19,706 nucleotides of DNA from Candidatus Altiarchaeales archaeon IMC4 (GTDB lineage: Archaea; Altiarchaeota; Altiarchaeia; IMC4), in assembly GCA_001742785.1 (NCBI GenBank), contig MCBF01000001.1, forward strand, positions 407,732 to 427,437. The letters are read 5' to 3'. Positions 16,383 through 19,706 of the stretch are shown one piece after another (the stretch's first letter is position 1; every line of letters begins with the position of its first letter). The notes under the pieces were generated by a model. It had not been told where the DNA came from. It did no database searches and saw nothing but the letters and a program-made list of their open reading frames with translations. The position numbers were made by a program, and so were the translations under genes.

Positions 16383-17213
16383 ATGAAAAAATGGGGTTTA
16401 CTCTTCGCCGCAGTCGTAATTGTTTTGCTCTTGGCAATAGCCATCTGGCAGGCGGCGCTTCCGAAAACCGCTGAAGGCACAAGCCCGGAAGGTAGTGCCT
16501 GCAAACTCGACAAAGACTGTAAAGCAGGGCTGTTCTGCACAATGGAGGCCTGCTCGTCAGGAAACCCCGGCTCGCCTTGTACCACGGGGGCGGACTGCAA
16601 GACGGCGTTCTGCGTAAACTTCGCCTGTACAAACGGGGCGCAAGGCGACGCGTGTCACAACCTGAAAAACTGCCAGGATGGCCTGATGTGCGTGAACGGA
16701 GCCTGCGCTTCTGGCAACAAGGGCGCGCCCTGCATGACGGCAGACGACTGCCTGACCAAGTTCTGCGCGCGGGGCACCTGCACAAACGGAGCAGAAGGCG
16801 ACGCGTGCGAAACCTACAAACAGTGCAGCGAGGGTCTGTTCTGCAAGGAGTCGCTCTGCAAAGGCCCGGAACCCCCGCCTGCATACGCAGACTATTTCGA
16901 GAAGATCGAACTTCATAAATTCAACATCTCAAATGGCAACCCCGGCCCGGATAATCCATCCGAGCCGACGACCGATTTCAAAACCAGCGGCGGCATACTC
17001 CTGATGGTCGATGCGAAAGAAGGCATCGGGGGCGAGGCCTATTTTGACGTATTAAACGCAACATCCGGCGAGCAGATATTCACCTACCCGAAGTGGCAGA
17101 TGTACGGCAATATGGGCAGGGGCTTCCCGATGCTTCCTGCAGGGGAGTACGAGCTGAGGTTCTACTTCGAGAACAAGTCCATGCACACGATCCTCTTTGG
17201 GGTCAGCGGCTGA
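16383..17213 (+). CDS. Secreted/membrane-anchored cysteine-rich repeat protein
   Basis: N-terminal basic + hydrophobic segment; five 4-Cys modules (G-x-x-C-x5-C-x4/5-C-x4-C); Pro-rich linker; C-terminal beta-rich domain (LPAGEYELRFY). Confidence 0.85.
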   Translation: MKKWGLLFAAVVIVLLLAIAIWQAALPKTAEGTSPEGSACKLDKDCKAGLFCTMEACSSGNPGSPCTTGADCKTAFCVNFACTNGAQGDACHNLKNCQDGLMCVNGACASGNKGAPCMTADDCLTKFCARGTCTNGAEGDACETYKQCSEGLFCKESLCKGPEPPPAYADYFEKIELHKFNISNGNPGPDNPSEPTTDFKTSGGILLMVDAKEGIGGEAYFDVLNATSGEQIFTYPKWQMYGNMGRGFPMLPAGEYELRFYFENKSMHTILFGVSG

Positions 17214-17298
17214 ACCCCGAGTATCCGTGTTTTAGTTGCGCCCTCTTGCAATTACAAATATATAAGCAGTCCGGACCATTATTAACATTCCAACAGCC

Positions 17299-17532
17299 TT
17301 TTTCTTTTTGGGAAAAAGAAAAACGACACGCGTTTGCGGAACACCGCAAACGGTGCAAGAAACTTGTGAAAAGTTTCTGCACAGAAAGTTGTAAAACAAC
17401 TTTCTTGTGCCCCGTGAATGAAAAATTCACGCGGGTGGCGAAAAAGAAAGACCCTCGAAATTACTATGTAATTTCGGGGCACCGAACCGTTTTGCGGTTC
17501 GCGTGTGGAGGCGGGTTGCGATGCAACCCACC
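17299..17532. repeat. Array of bulged hairpin units, array 2 (same family as 32-296)
   Basis: tttttcttttt-ggg-aaaaagaaaaa (17299-323), cgtttgcgg-aaca-ccgcaaacg (17331-52), gaaactt-gtgaa-aagtttc (17359-77), agaaagttgt-aaa-acaactttct (17383-405), cgtgaat-gaaaa-attcacg (17413-31), cgaaattac-tat-gtaatttcg (17456-76), cgaaccgt-ttt-gcggttcg (17483-501), gggttgc-gat-gcaaccc (17513-29). Confidence 0.92.
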
Positions 17533-17557
17533 GAAATGATACCAAAAATAATAAACG

Positions 17558-18673
17558 ATGGACAAGAACATAATTCTGATGGCAGTTACCATATTTGCAA
17601 TGGTATTTTCGGGATTTTACGTGATGACCTACAGCGAAAGGGGCGCAGGAACCACAGAGGCCAACGTCAGCCAGTACATAGTCGAGCACCAGATAACCCC
17701 AATCGGCAACCGGTCGATGCCAGTGCGGGTAATGGAGCCGACGGCGGACGTAATAGTATACATGCCCGAGCTTGCAACTATCGATGCCATAACCGATGCA
17801 GCGAACCTTTCGATCGAAAACCTTATAGGGTTCAAGTACGAGGTCTGCAAACTCGGCACCAGCCCTTCGTACCAGTTCTTCAGGTTTACATTCAAGGACA
17901 AAGAAAGCGCAAACGAAACGGCAGTCGAGAAGGAGACAGGGTTTGCCGGAAAGCGCAGGGTCCTTCGCGGCTACACGGCCAACGCCTCGGTATTGGGAGG
18001 AGTATACCTGATAGCCGCCCCGGGGATGAAGGCAGGGGATTACGTGGACGTAGCCGTATTCAGTAAAGAAGACGGCATTTTGGCAATCGGCGGCAGCAGG
18101 ATTCAGGAGGATATTATAGACGCAGAGGTCGTTAATATCGAAGGCATTCTCGTAAGCGGCGAGATAACCGGGAATTCCCAAAACCTCGCCATCGCCAACG
18201 AGTCCGAGGCGCGCGTTGAAAAGCCGGCGTTTGTCATGGATGGGCTGGACAATGAGACGGCTGCCTTAATCGAAGGCCTCGATGGAGTATATGCCATAAA
18301 AACCCAAAATTCCACGCGCATAGAATTCGAGGATTCGAAATCGAAGATAATCGAGATTCTGGAGTCCGTGAACACAAGCTATTCTTTTGAGGCGGGCGCT
18401 TTGACATTCATGGTCCCGCAAAATGCGAGCACATTTGAATTAGAAGAGAGATTGCGCGCAGAGAACATAACCGATATAAACTTCCAAAAAGTCGGGCGCG
18501 TTTCCGTTGCGAAAACAGTAGTGGTGGACAACAGCATTATAAGAATAGAGGATAACGGGAACTTCAGCGCGACACTTAGTATGAATGCCACGGCGGGCGC
18601 AAGCGTAAAAGTCCAGATAAACACCCTGAGATTCGGGGACCAGATTATTCCATACATGGCACAAGAGGTATAA
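17558..18673 (+). CDS. Hypothetical membrane-anchored extracellular (glyco)protein
   Basis: 371-aa ORF, N-terminal TM helix, about a dozen N-x-S/T sequons; 4 nt before ilvC. Confidence 0.75.
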   Translation: MDKNIILMAVTIFAMVFSGFYVMTYSERGAGTTEANVSQYIVEHQITPIGNRSMPVRVMEPTADVIVYMPELATIDAITDAANLSIENLIGFKYEVCKLGTSPSYQFFRFTFKDKESANETAVEKETGFAGKRRVLRGYTANASVLGGVYLIAAPGMKAGDYVDVAVFSKEDGILAIGGSRIQEDIIDAEVVNIEGILVSGEITGNSQNLAIANESEARVEKPAFVMDGLDNETAALIEGLDGVYAIKTQNSTRIEFEDSKSKIIEILESVNTSYSFEAGALTFMVPQNASTFELEERLRAENITDINFQKVGRVSVAKTVVVDNSIIRIEDNGNFSATLSMNATAGASVKVQINTLRFGDQIIPYMAQEV

Positions 18674-18677
18674 GAAA

Positions 18678-19661
18678 ATGGCAAAGATGTACTACGACAA
18701 TGACGCCGACCTAGGCGTACTTAAGGGGAAGACGATTGCAATTATCGGATACGGCATACAGGGGCATGCGCAGGCGCAGAACATGAGGGATTCAGGGCTT
18801 GACGTGGTTATCGGGCTTGTCAAGGACCGAAGCTGGAACCTTGCCGTAGAGCACGGCTTCAAGCCGGTAAGCATTGAAGAGGCGGCTGCGAAGGGGGACT
18901 TCGTCCACATGCTTATCCCAGACGAGATACAGGCGGACGTCTACAATAAAAAGATTAAGGATAATCTGAAAAAGGGGAACACCCTGATGTTTTCGCACGG
19001 GTTCAACATAAGGTTCAATAAGATAGTCCCGCCGAAAAACGTCGATGTCATAATGGTCGCCCCGAAGGGCCCGGGGAAACTCGTGAGGGAGACGTATCTT
19101 GCGGGGTTCGGCGTTCCCGCTATCATCGCGGTCGAGCAGGATTCTACAGGGAAGGCAAAGAAGAACGCACTGGCGCTCGCGAAAGCGATAGGCGCCACGA
19201 GGGCGGGGGTCCTTGAAACGACTTTTTCCGAGGAAACGGAGACAGACCTGTTCGGGGAGCAGGTTGATCTGTGCGGCGGGTGCGCGGAAATGATAAAGGC
19301 ATCCTTCGAAACCCTCGTTGACGCCGGCTACCAGCCCGAGATCGCATACTTCGAAACGCTCCACGAACTGAAGTTGATAACCGACCTGATACAGGCGGGG
19401 GGAATCGAGCACATGTGGCGCAACGTATCAAACACCGCGGAATACGGCGGCAGGACGAGGGGCACGAGGATAATAACAGACAAGACGAAGGCGGTAATGA
19501 AGGAGATACTCGAAGAAGTCAAGAGCGGAAAGTTCGCCGACGAGTGGATGAGCGAGTGCGCCCGTGGAATGCCGAACCTCAACGAGATGCGGAAGGATGG
19601 CGCAGACCAGCAGATCGAGAAGGTCGGGGAGGGGCTGAGGAAGATGTTCAAGAAGGGGTGA
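18678..19661 (+). CDS. ilvC: Ketol-acid reductoisomerase
   Basis: [68 protein letters not shown] motifs. Confidence 0.98.
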   Translation: MAKMYYDNDADLGVLKGKTIAIIGYGIQGHAQAQNMRDSGLDVVIGLVKDRSWNLAVEHGFKPVSIEEAAAKGDFVHMLIPDEIQADVYNKKIKDNLKKGNTLMFSHGFNIRFNKIVPPKNVDVIMVAPKGPGKLVRETYLAGFGVPAIIAVEQDSTGKAKKNALALAKAIGATRAGVLETTFSEETETDLFGEQVDLCGGCAEMIKASFETLVDAGYQPEIAYFETLHELKLITDLIQAGGIEHMWRNVSNTAEYGGRTRGTRIITDKTKAVMKEILEEVKSGKFADEWMSECARGMPNLNEMRKDGADQQIEKVGEGLRKMFKKG

Positions 19662-19690
19662 GTTCGCTTTAACTGCGAGGGAGGGGGATT

Positions 19691-19706
19691 ATGCGAACAA
19701 GGTTCG
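19691..19706 (+). CDS. 5' fragment of a downstream gene (MRTRF...), truncated by the window edge
   Basis: Purine-rich SD-like gagggagggg precedes ATG CGA ACA AGG TTC G. Only five codons are visible. Confidence 0.35.

Noticed and set aside
17299..17532. tRNA, known ncRNA or simple terminator
   Set aside because: No cloverleaf or T-loop/CCA context that I can recognise. Eight tandem hairpins homologous to a copy inside a CDS are not explained by termination. An Rfam scan was not possible.
17093..18181. ORFs 17093-17539, 17203-17430, 17282-18181 and 17503-18066
   Set aside because: They run across the palindrome array or shadow the 17558 gene, with no recognisable protein features.
493..19672. 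Numerous antisense/alternate-frame ORFs of 60-240 aa overlapping well-identified genes
   Set aside because: Shadow ORFs expected from codon bias; no motifs or independent expression signals.
19691..19706. Assigning the terminal MRTRF fragment to glutamyl-tRNA synthetase (RFAPSP motif)
   Set aside because: Only five codons are visible; suggestive but not supportable.

Overview
Archaeal genomic DNA. The archaeal-type PheS, TATA-box promoters, class III signal peptide and methanofuran genes point to an anaerobic C1-metabolising archaeon; Altiarchaeota-like is a plausible guess but cannot be proven from this window. The core is a C1-cofactor and metallocentre cluster: cooC, a second ATP-grasp ligase, a HisA/HisF-like paralog, mfnD-mfnF-(orf)-mfnE, mfnB, an atypical mobA, DUF166 and a NikMNQO/CbiMNQO-type ECF transporter with a NikR-like operator. 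Flanking genes are pheS, hisA and ilvC, two toxin-antitoxin pairs, a pilin-type prepeptide protein, a Cys-rich surface protein and an AT-rich pseudogene. Two things stand out that are not in the ORF track. (1) A family of ~27-nt bulged-hairpin units forms phased arrays at 32-296 and 17299-17532. It shows compensatory base changes between copies, appears to insert into other hairpins with short duplications, and sits in frame inside the DUF166 gene with a 14-bp duplication. This looks like a REP/RPE-like mobile palindrome system. (2) A 28-aa basic ORF (2397-2483) resembles the bS22/mS38 ribosomal protein family, has an eL41-like tail, and has its own TATA box.
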